Shown in pieces: positions 18,434 through 26,803 of a DNA stretch of 64,000 nt. The translations under genes and the position numbers were made by a program. The notes beneath the pieces were generated by a model. That model made no database searches. It saw nothing but the letters and a program-made list of their open reading frames with translations, and had not been told where the DNA came from. The DNA is from Paracoccaceae bacterium (GTDB lineage: Bacteria; Pseudomonadota; Alphaproteobacteria; Rhodobacterales; Rhodobacteraceae), in assembly GCA_947449875.1 (NCBI GenBank), contig CANFSY010000001.1, forward strand, positions 5,459-69,458, written 5' to 3'. Numbering within the stretch: position 1 is the stretch's first letter; each line of letters starts with the position of its first letter.

Positions 18434-19138
18434 TTACGCGTTTTGAACCAGCGGTCGTTCTTGTGGGCCGATCAACCAGTGCTCTTTTACAAGCATTGGA
18501 TATACTTGTAGAGGATTTAGTACGCCATCTGTTGCCTCGGGCAACATGATTGTCCGTGCACTACTTGCGAGCGCGGTCTCCGCCGCTTCGACGTTTGCAA
18601 ACCAGAAGTGGGCCACTTCGTCAAATCGGGATTCGCCGATCGTGTAGGAACCTTCAACCGCGAGCGCCAATTGGCATTTGAGCAGACTGGGAATGGTTGC
18701 GGCTCCGGTTTTCAAGTCTTGTTTGCGGCTATTTTGATAATCTGTTAGATCGATCTTCAAATTGCGCTTTGATAAAACAATCAGCTTTACGGCTGTGGCT
18801 GGCACTTCGTTATCCAAAATGGAATGGTTGTCACAGTCCAGACCAACAGTCATCCAGAAGGCGGCCCAATTTGGTTCGTCCAGACGAGCCCCTTGAAGAA
18901 ATTGTGGTGTCTGAATGGAGGCAAGTTGCTCTTCTCCATTCCGCAGCCATATCTCAGCGCAGCCGCTCCAGATTGGGTTTGGGTCAATGCTGCAGGCCAA
19001 GCGCAGATCAAGCTTATACATTGCGATTTGTGGAATTTTTACAGCAAACTGAACGGCATGTATGTTTAACCAGTAATTTTGAAACTCGGCTTCGGTCATG
19101 CCCGGTTTCGGCGCTGCGTAAATATGCTGGTGTATCAT
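18434..19138 (-). CDS. EthD-domain protein (tandem dimeric alpha/beta barrel)
   Basis: 'KPGMTEAEFQNYWLNIHA...GCAEIW...FLQGARLDE'. Degenerate second repeat 'KLIVLSKR...FDEVAHFWF'. Confidence 0.8.
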   Translation of the reverse strand: MIHQHIYAAPKPGMTEAEFQNYWLNIHAVQFAVKIPQIAMYKLDLRLACSIDPNPIWSGCAEIWLRNGEEQLASIQTPQFLQGARLDEPNWAAFWMTVGLDCDNHSILDNEVPATAVKLIVLSKRNLKIDLTDYQNSRKQDLKTGAATIPSLLKCQLALAVEGSYTIGESRFDEVAHFWFANVEAAETALASSARTIMLPEATDGVLNPLQVYPMLVKEHWLIGPQERPLVQNA

Positions 19139-19403
19139 TTAATCCTCTGAAGTTGGCCTGTTTTACTTCGACGTTTCGTCTGTACTTAGTTTCGTCTGTG
19201 TTAGAAATGCTGGCATCTTGAACGCGGGCTGGTTTTCCTTGAGGGATCACAGTGTGTTGAAGTTCCTGTTCGTCTGAAAGCTTTTGTACTTGCGCTATTA
19301 AAGAGCAATCCATAGCCGGCTTACAGCAGGTCATCTTTGTAATTGTATTGTCTTTCGGTTACGGAACCTAAAAGGTTTGGGCTTGGTCGAAGTCCGGTTC
19401 GTC

Positions 19404-19428
19404 CATTCAGGGAAAAATTCCCTGAATG
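19404..19428. terminator. Stem-loop after the alpha/beta hydrolase gene
   Basis: CATTCAGGGAA-aaa-TTCCCTGAATG, an 11-bp stem 6 nt beyond the stop at 19435. Confidence 0.55.
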
Positions 19429-19434
19429 ACATTT

Positions 19435-20328
19435 TCAGTCGATGGGATTGTTCCTGAAGAAATCAACGGCAGCCTCTCCGACGGCCATTGGGTTCATAGA
19501 TTGCATGCCGTGTGTTGCGTTCGGGATTCCGGCGCGTTTCACATTCGGAAGCCATTGCATCATGAATTGCTGTATATCGCGAAATCCCGGCATCGCGCCT
19601 TCGCTGTGGGTTCCCATACAAGCCAGAACCGGAACAGGCGTTTTTTGTGGTGCATAGGTATCGGCGGTCGATGGTGTGAACGGCCAAGCCAAGATCGCCG
19701 GAAAGTCAACTTCGAAAGTCGTCGTCATTGCGGCTTCGGCCCGTGCCCAAACATCGTCTGGGCCTGTCATGTGGACAGCAGACAGAAAATTGGGCCCGCA
19801 GATTGCTTCCATATAGACCAAACCGGCTTTTAATTTGTCGCCCTTTTTATAATATTCAAGTGCGGCCAAGTAGGCATCATAGTTGGCTTGTATGGCTTTT
19901 GGATCTTCGCGGGGAAGATAAGGTTCCAACAGCACGGCAGATGCGAAGCGATCTGGGTATTTCAAGATCGCTTCAAATCCAATAACGCCACCGAAGGAAA
20001 AGGCCAATAGATGAGCCTTTTTTATCCCCAAGTGGTCCAATATGTCGACAGCGTGCCGCGCGCCATCTTCGATAGAAACTTTGTCGCCTTCAAATGTGCT
20101 GCCATTATATCCGGCGCGGTAGTAGCTGATGATGCGATAGTCGGTGTACAGAGGTTCATAAAGACGCAGCGGAACTGCAAGGCTATCGGCAAGGCTTGTG
20201 CCATGGATCATCAAGACTGGTTCGCCTGTGCCATGATCGAAGTAGCGCAAAGACGCGCCGTCAATCTTGGCAATTTTATTCGGTTCGATACAATGGTCCG
20301 AGCGGGGGATATGTGCATGTATGACCAT
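19435..20328 (-). CDS. Alpha/beta-fold hydrolase
   Basis: 'GTGEPVLMIHG', 'YYRAGYNGS', nucleophile 'AFSFGG', C-terminal 'IPNATHG'. Confidence 0.88.
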   Translation of the reverse strand: MVIHAHIPRSDHCIEPNKIAKIDGASLRYFDHGTGEPVLMIHGTSLADSLAVPLRLYEPLYTDYRIISYYRAGYNGSTFEGDKVSIEDGARHAVDILDHLGIKKAHLLAFSFGGVIGFEAILKYPDRFASAVLLEPYLPREDPKAIQANYDAYLAALEYYKKGDKLKAGLVYMEAICGPNFLSAVHMTGPDDVWARAEAAMTTTFEVDFPAILAWPFTPSTADTYAPQKTPVPVLACMGTHSEGAMPGFRDIQQFMMQWLPNVKRAGIPNATHGMQSMNPMAVGEAAVDFFRNNPID

Positions 20329-20332
20329 GATC

Positions 20333-21367
20333 TTATCGGCTCAGAATTCGAGCAATAACGGCGTCGATGATAACGCGGTCATTGGGAGTCAGCGAAAACG
20401 TTGCCAAGTGACCGGAGTCGCTTTCAAGATGCGCATATTCGGCACCGGCCACGGCCGCGGCGTCCATTGCGCCTTCGTCCGGCGGGAACATGGCGTCACC
20501 TGTCAGAGCTGCGATAGAGGCTTTTGCGGTGATTTTAGCCAAGGCGTCTGCAATATCGCCGCCCTCTGCCGGATCAGCCAATTGCGCTTTGCGCGATTGC
20601 AAGACCAAGTCATTTGCATCATGCGGTAGCCAAAACGCTTCCCAGAAACGCGCTACGAAATCATTCACAGACGCAAACCCTGCACCTGTCACGGGATCCA
20701 TCGTTGTGCGCCACAGTTCGCGGTCAACGCGGTAAAAGATTTTCGGCGGCAATGTTAAAGCTGCCAGATGCCCTACTTGACGCTTTCCCGCTTGCAGCAA
20801 GGCATTGTCGGTATAATTGCCATTGGCCCAGAAGGGGTCTGTCGTCAGCGGTTCTTCCACGACCGATTTCAGCCAAAGTTTTGTCCAAGCTGACGGTTTG
20901 GGCGCGCCGGCGATAGATGCCATGCGTTTGACCATAGCGGGGAAACGCACAGCCCATTCGTAGGTTTGCAATGCCCCGACCGACCAGCCAAGAACCAACT
21001 GCAGTTCGGTGATGCCGAAAAGTTCGCGCAGCATGCGTTCTTGCAAGATAATGTCATCTGCGATGCGTGCTTGCGGAAAATGCGCCCCGTTATACGGCGC
21101 GGGCGTGTTTGATGGCGATGACGACGGCGGAATGCCGAATTGGCCTGGCAAGATGATAAAATATTTCGAAGGATCTAGCGGACGGCCCTCGCCGATCCAC
21201 AATTCCAAGGCTTCGGGAATGCCGCCAAGAAATCCTGGAAACAGGATTACATTCGACTTATCGGCATTTAAGTTTCCATGCGTGCGGTATGACAATGATG
21301 CGGAAGATAAAGTGCTTCCACACCGCATGACAAACGCTTTTGCTTCAAAAATACCGTTTTCGGCCAT
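20333..21367 (-). CDS. MetX-like (homoserine O-acetyltransferase fold) alpha/beta hydrolase or acyltransferase
   Basis: 'YRTHGNLNADKSNVIL', 'LDPSKYFII', 'GWSVGALQTYEWAVRFP', 'GDAMFPP', 'SGHLA' (Ser-Asp-His triad). Confidence 0.85.
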   Translation of the reverse strand: MAENGIFEAKAFVMRCGSTLSSASLSYRTHGNLNADKSNVILFPGFLGGIPEALELWIGEGRPLDPSKYFIILPGQFGIPPSSSPSNTPAPYNGAHFPQARIADDIILQERMLRELFGITELQLVLGWSVGALQTYEWAVRFPAMVKRMASIAGAPKPSAWTKLWLKSVVEEPLTTDPFWANGNYTDNALLQAGKRQVGHLAALTLPPKIFYRVDRELWRTTMDPVTGAGFASVNDFVARFWEAFWLPHDANDLVLQSRKAQLADPAEGGDIADALAKITAKASIAALTGDAMFPPDEGAMDAAAVAGAEYAHLESDSGHLATFSLTPNDRVIIDAVIARILSR

Positions 21368-21611
21368 CACGATGCTCCGTTTAAGTTGAGCAGATCGCTA
21401 ACAGGAAAAGCACCATCCGCAAACGAGTAAATAGATTTCAAAAACGCAACTTGTAGACACATTTCTACCCAAAGGTGTACATTTGATTATTTAGGATAGA
21501 AAAAACCGATTCGTGTGAATTATTTTTTAAGTTTCTTTTTTCAAGCGTATTTTTTTGTTTTCTGCGTCTTCACAGCCGTGCCCCCCTCCGCCTTTTCTGA
21601 TGGTCCTTGGC

Positions 21612-21651
21612 GCGTCACCAAACCTTCACGCCATTGATGCCGGTTCGTCAC
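21612..21651 (+). promoter_or_regulatory. Pho-box-like PhoB sites upstream of phnC
   Basis: GCGTCAC-caaa-CCTTCAC (21612-21629) plus TCGTCAC at 21645, all in 11-bp phase, resembling CTGTCAT-N4 repeats. Confidence 0.6.
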
Positions 21652-21692
21652 ATTTGCCGGTTAGGTCATCGCCATTCGCAAGGGGTGGACCA

Positions 21693-22499
21693 GTGCTGCA
21701 CGTTCAGAATGTCACACGTCGCTTCGGCGCCAAATCGGCAGTAGATCAGGCCAGTTTTTCAGTGTCTGGGTCTGCGTTTGTTGGCGTGATCGGGCGCTCT
21801 GGCGCGGGCAAGTCAACGCTGCTGCGCATGATGAACCGTCTGACCGATGCCACTGCGGGCGAGATTGTCTTTGAAGGTCGCAACATCCTGGCCCTGCAAG
21901 GCGCGGACAAGCGGGCGTGGCAAAGCCAGTGCGCGATGATCTTCCAACAGTTCAATCTGGTGCCGCGCATGGATGTAGCGTCGAACGTGCTGCACGGCAT
22001 TTTGAACCGCCGCTCTACTTTGGCCACGATGTTCAACGTCTGGCCCGAGGCGGATATCTTGCGCGCTTTGACAATTCTTGACCGTCTGGGCATCGCCGAA
22101 CAAGCCCCCCTGCGGGCCGAGGCGCTTTCGGGCGGCCAGCAGCAGCGTGTGGCGATTGCGCGCGCTTTGATGCAGGACCCCAAGATCATCTTGGCCGATG
22201 AACCCATCGCCTCGCTTGATCCGATGAACGCACAGGTTGTGATGGACACGCTTCGCCGCATTCATGACGAGGATGGCCGCATGGTGATTGCCAACCTGCA
22301 CACGCTCGACACGGCGCGGCGCTATTGCGACCGCGTGATCGGCATGCGCGACGGGCGCATCGTGTTTGACGGCACGCCCGATCAGCTGACCACCAGCGTG
22401 GCCCGCGACATTTACGGCGCTGACGACAGCTTTAACGAAAGCGCCACATCCACCGCCATTCCAGCCGACACGGCCTATGCCGAAACGATGCTGGCCTAA
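21693..22499 (+). CDS. phnC: Phosphonate ABC transporter ATPase
   Basis: GRSGAGKS, 'IFQQFNLV', LSGGQQQRV, '[10 protein letters not shown]', 'NLH'. GTG start at 21693. Confidence 0.95.
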   Translation: MLHVQNVTRRFGAKSAVDQASFSVSGSAFVGVIGRSGAGKSTLLRMMNRLTDATAGEIVFEGRNILALQGADKRAWQSQCAMIFQQFNLVPRMDVASNVLHGILNRRSTLATMFNVWPEADILRALTILDRLGIAEQAPLRAEALSGGQQQRVAIARALMQDPKIILADEPIASLDPMNAQVVMDTLRRIHDEDGRMVIANLHTLDTARRYCDRVIGMRDGRIVFDGTPDQLTTSVARDIYGADDSFNESATSTAIPADTAYAETMLA

Positions 22500-22538
22500 G
22501 TTTACCCCCGGCCTATCGGCCAAACTATGGAGACGACC

Positions 22539-23438
22539 ATGAAAAAGCTGCTCGCCGTTCTGGCTGCTACCACCGTTCTGGAATCCCCCGCTTTCGCGCA
22601 AGATGCGATCAAAGAATTCAACATCGGCATTCTGGGCGGCGAAAACGCCCAAGACCGGATCACCGGCAACGAGTGCTACCGCGCGGCGATCGAGGCCGCT
22701 TTGGGCGTTCCGGTCAAGCTGTTCACGCCCGCTGACTATGACGGCGTCATTCAGGGCCTTCTGGGCGGCACCATCGACATGGCTTGGCTGGGCGCTTCGG
22801 CCTATGCCAAAACCGTTCTGACCGACGAAAAGGCCGTGGAAGCCCGCCTGATTCCCGTGAACGTTGACGGCACGCAAGGCTACTACTCGATCGGTATCGC
22901 CAACAAAGCTTCGGGCATCACCTCGATGGACGACGCCAAGGGCCACACGTTCGCGTTTGCAGAGCCGAACTCGACCTCGGGCTACTTGGTGCCTGCTTCG
23001 GAACTGACCGCCAAGTACGGCGATCTGACCGCCTATTTCAAGTCGACCGCTTTCTCGGGCGGGCATGAGCAGACCATCGTTGGCGTTGCCAACGGCACCT
23101 ATGACGCTGGCGTCACCAACGCCGACATGATCGGCAACTTCGCCGATGGCTACACCTCGGGCGCGCTGCGCAAGGCGGTTGACGGCGGCTTGGTTGACAT
23201 GAACAATCTGGTCGAAATCTGGCACTCGGCTTTGATCCCGAACGGCCCGCTGGTTGTGCGCGCTGCTCTGCCGGCTGACGTGAAAGACAAAGTCACCGCT
23301 GTCACGGCTGACCTGCCCGAAACCGACCACGCTTGCGCTTCGTCGGTCAATGGCGGCGACCTGACCGACTTCGTACCGGTTGACGCAGCTGTTTACGCCG
23401 GCATCTTGGAAGCCCGCAAACTGCAGGACAAGCAGTAA
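22539..23438 (+). CDS. phnD: Phosphonate ABC substrate-binding protein
   Basis: Signal peptide, 'GILGGEN', 'DYDGVIQG', 'NSTSGYLVP', 'FSGGHE'. Confidence 0.95.
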   Translation: MKKLLAVLAATTVLESPAFAQDAIKEFNIGILGGENAQDRITGNECYRAAIEAALGVPVKLFTPADYDGVIQGLLGGTIDMAWLGASAYAKTVLTDEKAVEARLIPVNVDGTQGYYSIGIANKASGITSMDDAKGHTFAFAEPNSTSGYLVPASELTAKYGDLTAYFKSTAFSGGHEQTIVGVANGTYDAGVTNADMIGNFADGYTSGALRKAVDGGLVDMNNLVEIWHSALIPNGPLVVRAALPADVKDKVTAVTADLPETDHACASSVNGGDLTDFVPVDAAVYAGILEARKLQDKQ

Positions 23439-23454
23439 TCTTACCGTCCAACGT

Positions 23455-23476
23455 CGGGCCCTTTTCCAAGGGCCCG
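23455..23476 (+). terminator. Stem-loop after phnD
   Basis: CGGGCCCTT-ttcc-AAGGGCCCG followed shortly by a T-rich run. Confidence 0.55.
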
Positions 23477-23497
23477 GCATCTTCTTTTGGGGGCCCC

Positions 23498-24385
23498 ATG
23501 GCTGATCTTGCCTTTGCACCAACGCCGGAAAAGCGCCCTGACCTTTCTCAACCACAGCACGCCTATGTGCGCATGGTCCGGCAAAAGCGCGTGTATGGGG
23601 CGAATCTATTAGGTGGTTTTCTTTTGCTTCTGGCCACCGGCTTTCACGTGGCAGAAACCCGCAATGCGGGCGATTTTTTAAGCGGTCTGCCCATGCTGGG
23701 CGCCTTCCCGTCAGAGGTGTTGTCGGAAGGCTGGGCCAACCGCGCCAATGTGCCGGGATTGGCCTTGCATTTTATCCCGTCGCTGATTGAAACGCTCAAT
23801 ATTGCCGCTGTTTCAACTTTGCTGGGCGGCATTTGCGCAGCACTTTTGGCCTTGCTGTCCACCCGTGGCCTTGCGCCCTTTCCACGCCTGATCCCCGTGT
23901 TTCGCCGCACGATGGACGCTTTGCGCGCCTTGCCGGATGTGGTGATTGCGCTTGTGCTGATCTATGTCTTGGGCGGCGGGCCGATCCCTGCGGTGATGGC
24001 GATTGCCATTCATACCAGCGGCGCTTTGGGCAAGCTGTTTTCTGAAGCCGCTGAAAATGCCGATCTGAAACCGGTAGAGGGTTTGGCCTCGACTGGCGCG
24101 CGGTGGGGCCAGCGCATTTGGCTGGGGATTTTGCCGCAAGTGGCCCCCAATTGGGCCAGCTATCTGTTGATGCGCTTTGAAATCAACGTCCGCGTCTCGG
24201 CTATTTTGGGCTTCGTGGGGCAGGGCGGGATCGGGGCGGATATGAAAGTGGCGATGCAATGGGGCCAAGGCAAATATGACGAGGTTGTGGCGATCTTTCT
24301 GATCCTGTTTTTTACCATTGTGGTGATTGACCGCAGTTCTGACTGGCTGCGCACACGGCTTACGAAAGGTGCACATCATGGTTGA
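23498..24385 (+). CDS. phnE: Phosphonate ABC permease
   Basis: 'LIETLNIA', 'GALGKLFSEAAEN', 'RFEINVR'. Confidence 0.93.
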   Translation: MADLAFAPTPEKRPDLSQPQHAYVRMVRQKRVYGANLLGGFLLLLATGFHVAETRNAGDFLSGLPMLGAFPSEVLSEGWANRANVPGLALHFIPSLIETLNIAAVSTLLGGICAALLALLSTRGLAPFPRLIPVFRRTMDALRALPDVVIALVLIYVLGGGPIPAVMAIAIHTSGALGKLFSEAAENADLKPVEGLASTGARWGQRIWLGILPQVAPNWASYLLMRFEINVRVSAILGFVGQGGIGADMKVAMQWGQGKYDEVVAIFLILFFTIVVIDRSSDWLRTRLTKGAHHG

Positions 24386-25676
24386 CGCGACGTTGATTTC
24401 GACCGTCTCGACCGCGTTTCAGCGCCGCAAGTGGCTGGCCATCGCCATTCCTGCGCTGGTCTTGGCCTATCTATTCTACGCCGCCGCGTCTTTTGACGTG
24501 CTTGGCGTGGCAGGTCGGGCGCGGATGGACAATGCACAGACCTTCCTGTCGGATTTTTGGAGCTATAAGGTCAGTGTCATCCGTGACAATCGCGATGGCA
24601 AAGTGCTGGCCGCGATTGACGGCGACGCGCGCTATTCCTTTGCGCCAGATTGGGTGAAAACCCAAAACGATGTCACCCAGATTGATTTGGGCCAAGGCCA
24701 TCTTGTGACCTACGATGCCCAAGGGGCGCATTACGTGGTGCCGGGGTACGGCACGATTGCCATCTCGGCCCCCGGTGGAAAGATCACCTTGGATGCGCCA
24801 GAACCGCTGCCCGAATGGATCAGCGCGTCCGATACGCGGGTGGGGGTGACGACCTCGGCGGGGCGGTTCATCTACACTAAATCCAAGGTGGAAACCCAAC
24901 GGTTCTTTGCGGGGTGGGAGCTGTTCTTTTTCACCTTCGACAGCCCGTTTTACGGCAAATCCTTGCCCGATCTTACCGCTTTGGCGCTTTGGGACGCCCG
25001 CCTTGATCCTGCCCAGCCCAATTGGGAGGCGATGTCTCACGACTTTATGACCAACAGCCTGTGGCATCATGGCGATGTGCTGTGGGCGATTTTTGAAACC
25101 TTGCTTATGGCCTTCTTGGGCACGTTCTGCGCCGCCCTGATTGCGCTGCCGCTCAGCTTTCTGGCGGCATCGAATATGATGCCTTGGCGCGTGCCGCGTT
25201 TTGCCATGCGCCGCGTGTTTGATTTTATCCGTGGGCTGGATGCCCTTATCTGGACCTTGATCTTGGTGCGCGCCTTTGGCCCCGGCCCGATGACAGGGGC
25301 CTTGGCGATTTTGATGACCGACACGGGGCTTTTTGGTAAAATCTTCTCGGAAGCGCTGGAAAACATCGACGAAAAACAGGTCGAGGGCATCCGCTCCACC
25401 GGAGCGAACGCCGTCCAGCGCGCCCGCTTTGGCGTGTTGCCGCAGGTGCTGCCGATCTTGATGAGCCAAGTTTTGTACAACTTTGAATCCAACACCCGCA
25501 GCGCCACGGTGATCGGAGCGATTGTGGGCGGCGGGATTGGGCTTTTGCTGACCCAAGCCATCCAGACCCAAAAGGATTGGGAGGATGTGGCCTATTATCT
25601 GATCTTGATCGTGCTGATGGTGATCGTCATAGATTGGCTGTCCGGCATCATCCGTCGCAAATTGATCAAAGGCTGA
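24378..25676 (+). CDS. phnE: Second phosphonate ABC permease with large extracytoplasmic loop
   Basis: 'IFETLLMA', 'GKIFSEALEN', 'FESNTRSAT'. About 200-aa hydrophilic segment after the first TM. Confidence 0.9.
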   Translation: MVDATLISTVSTAFQRRKWLAIAIPALVLAYLFYAAASFDVLGVAGRARMDNAQTFLSDFWSYKVSVIRDNRDGKVLAAIDGDARYSFAPDWVKTQNDVTQIDLGQGHLVTYDAQGAHYVVPGYGTIAISAPGGKITLDAPEPLPEWISASDTRVGVTTSAGRFIYTKSKVETQRFFAGWELFFFTFDSPFYGKSLPDLTALALWDARLDPAQPNWEAMSHDFMTNSLWHHGDVLWAIFETLLMAFLGTFCAALIALPLSFLAASNMMPWRVPRFAMRRVFDFIRGLDALIWTLILVRAFGPGPMTGALAILMTDTGLFGKIFSEALENIDEKQVEGIRSTGANAVQRARFGVLPQVLPILMSQVLYNFESNTRSATVIGAIVGGGIGLLLTQAIQTQKDWEDVAYYLILIVLMVIVIDWLSGIIRRKLIKG

Positions 25677-25678
25677 CC

Positions 25679-26296
25679 ATGCCCAAACTTTCGCCCACCC
25701 AACCTTTCCTGCACCCCGGGGCAGAGGTGCATGACACCGATTTTGGCGCCTATTGCGAAGTTGGCGCGGGCAGTCGCATCTTGCATTCGACCTTTGAGGA
25801 CTATGCCTATTGCGACCGGCAGTCTGATATTGCCAATACCACCGTGGGCAAATTCGCCAATATCGCCGCGATGACACGGATCGGGCCGACCGATCACCCC
25901 TATGCGAACGCCTCGCTGCACCATTTTCTTTACCGCTCGGAACTGTATTGGGACGATGCGCCCGACGATCAGGATTTCTTTGCCCGCCGCAAAGCCCGCC
26001 GCACGGTGATTGGGCCGGATACATGGGTCGGGCACGGGGCGATCATCAAGCCCGATGTGACCATCGGGGCGGGGGCGATTGTGGCATCAGGGGCGGTGGT
26101 GACCAAGGATGTTGCGCCCTATCTGATCGTCGCCGGTGTTCCCGCCACCCCCTTGCGCGCCCGTTTCACCCCCGCTGTGGCCGACCGCCTGCAGGCCCTC
26201 GCATGGTGGGATTGGTCCCATGACCGCTTGCGCCAAGCCCTGCCCGATTTTCGCGCCCTGCCCGCCGAGGCGTTTTTGGAAAAATACGAAGGCTAG
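25679..26296 (+). CDS. Hexapeptide-repeat acetyltransferase (phn-associated, Vat/CatB-like)
   Basis: 'IGPDTWVGHGAIIKPDVTIGAGAIVASGAVVTKDVAPY', 'AWWDW'. Confidence 0.88.
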   Translation: MPKLSPTQPFLHPGAEVHDTDFGAYCEVGAGSRILHSTFEDYAYCDRQSDIANTTVGKFANIAAMTRIGPTDHPYANASLHHFLYRSELYWDDAPDDQDFFARRKARRTVIGPDTWVGHGAIIKPDVTIGAGAIVASGAVVTKDVAPYLIVAGVPATPLRARFTPAVADRLQALAWWDWSHDRLRQALPDFRALPAEAFLEKYEG

Positions 26297-26748
26297 ACCT
26301 TTTTGCTGAACCAAACGACAAAGCCGCCCCGAAAGGGTTCGGTTTTGTCCTGCACAAAACCATTGGCGGCATAAAACTGCACATTGCTGCTCAAGGCCGC
26401 GTTGGTCAAAAGCCGCAGGTGGGGCAAACCCTTGGCGCGGGCCTGATCGGCGGCGCGGGTCATCAACATCTGCCCCAAGCCTTTGCCCTGCAGGTCAGAG
26501 CGCACGGCCACGGTTTCCACCCAAAGGTGGTCAGCCTCTGCCACGGTTTCCAGCACGCCGGCCAAGTCATCGCCCAAATAGGCCAGCTCAAAGCCGTGGT
26601 TTTGCACGGCCAGATCGTAGTCAGCCGTCATGGGCAGCGGCTCTCGCCCCATGATCGGCACCCATTTGGCAAAGGTTTCACGCACAAAGGCGCGGATCAT
26701 CGCGGCATCTGGCGGCAGGGCGGGGCGGAAGGTGTAGGGTGCGGTCAT
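26293..26748 (-). CDS. GNAT-family N-acetyltransferase
   Basis: 'VAVRSDLQGKGLG' acetyl-CoA motif and 'NVQFYAANGF'. Confidence 0.88.
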   Translation of the reverse strand: MTAPYTFRPALPPDAAMIRAFVRETFAKWVPIMGREPLPMTADYDLAVQNHGFELAYLGDDLAGVLETVAEADHLWVETVAVRSDLQGKGLGQMLMTRAADQARAKGLPHLRLLTNAALSSNVQFYAANGFVQDKTEPFRGGFVVWFSKKV

Positions 26749-26803
26749 GGCGCACCCTTGGCCAGCCTTGGCCCCGTGTCAACCACGCCTGACCATCCAA
26801 GCC

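Noticed and set aside
19014-19334. 106-aa minus-strand ORF (MTCCKP...)
   Set aside because: Overlaps the EthD gene by 125 nt in another frame, with no clear RBS and no motifs.
5745-21555. Prophage, ICE or IS explanation for the island
   Set aside because: No integrase, transposase, tRNA target or terminal repeats were seen, so no mobile_element feature is called.
21813-26024. Minus-strand ORFs 21813..23555 and 24471..26024
   Set aside because: Antisense shadows of phnCDE.
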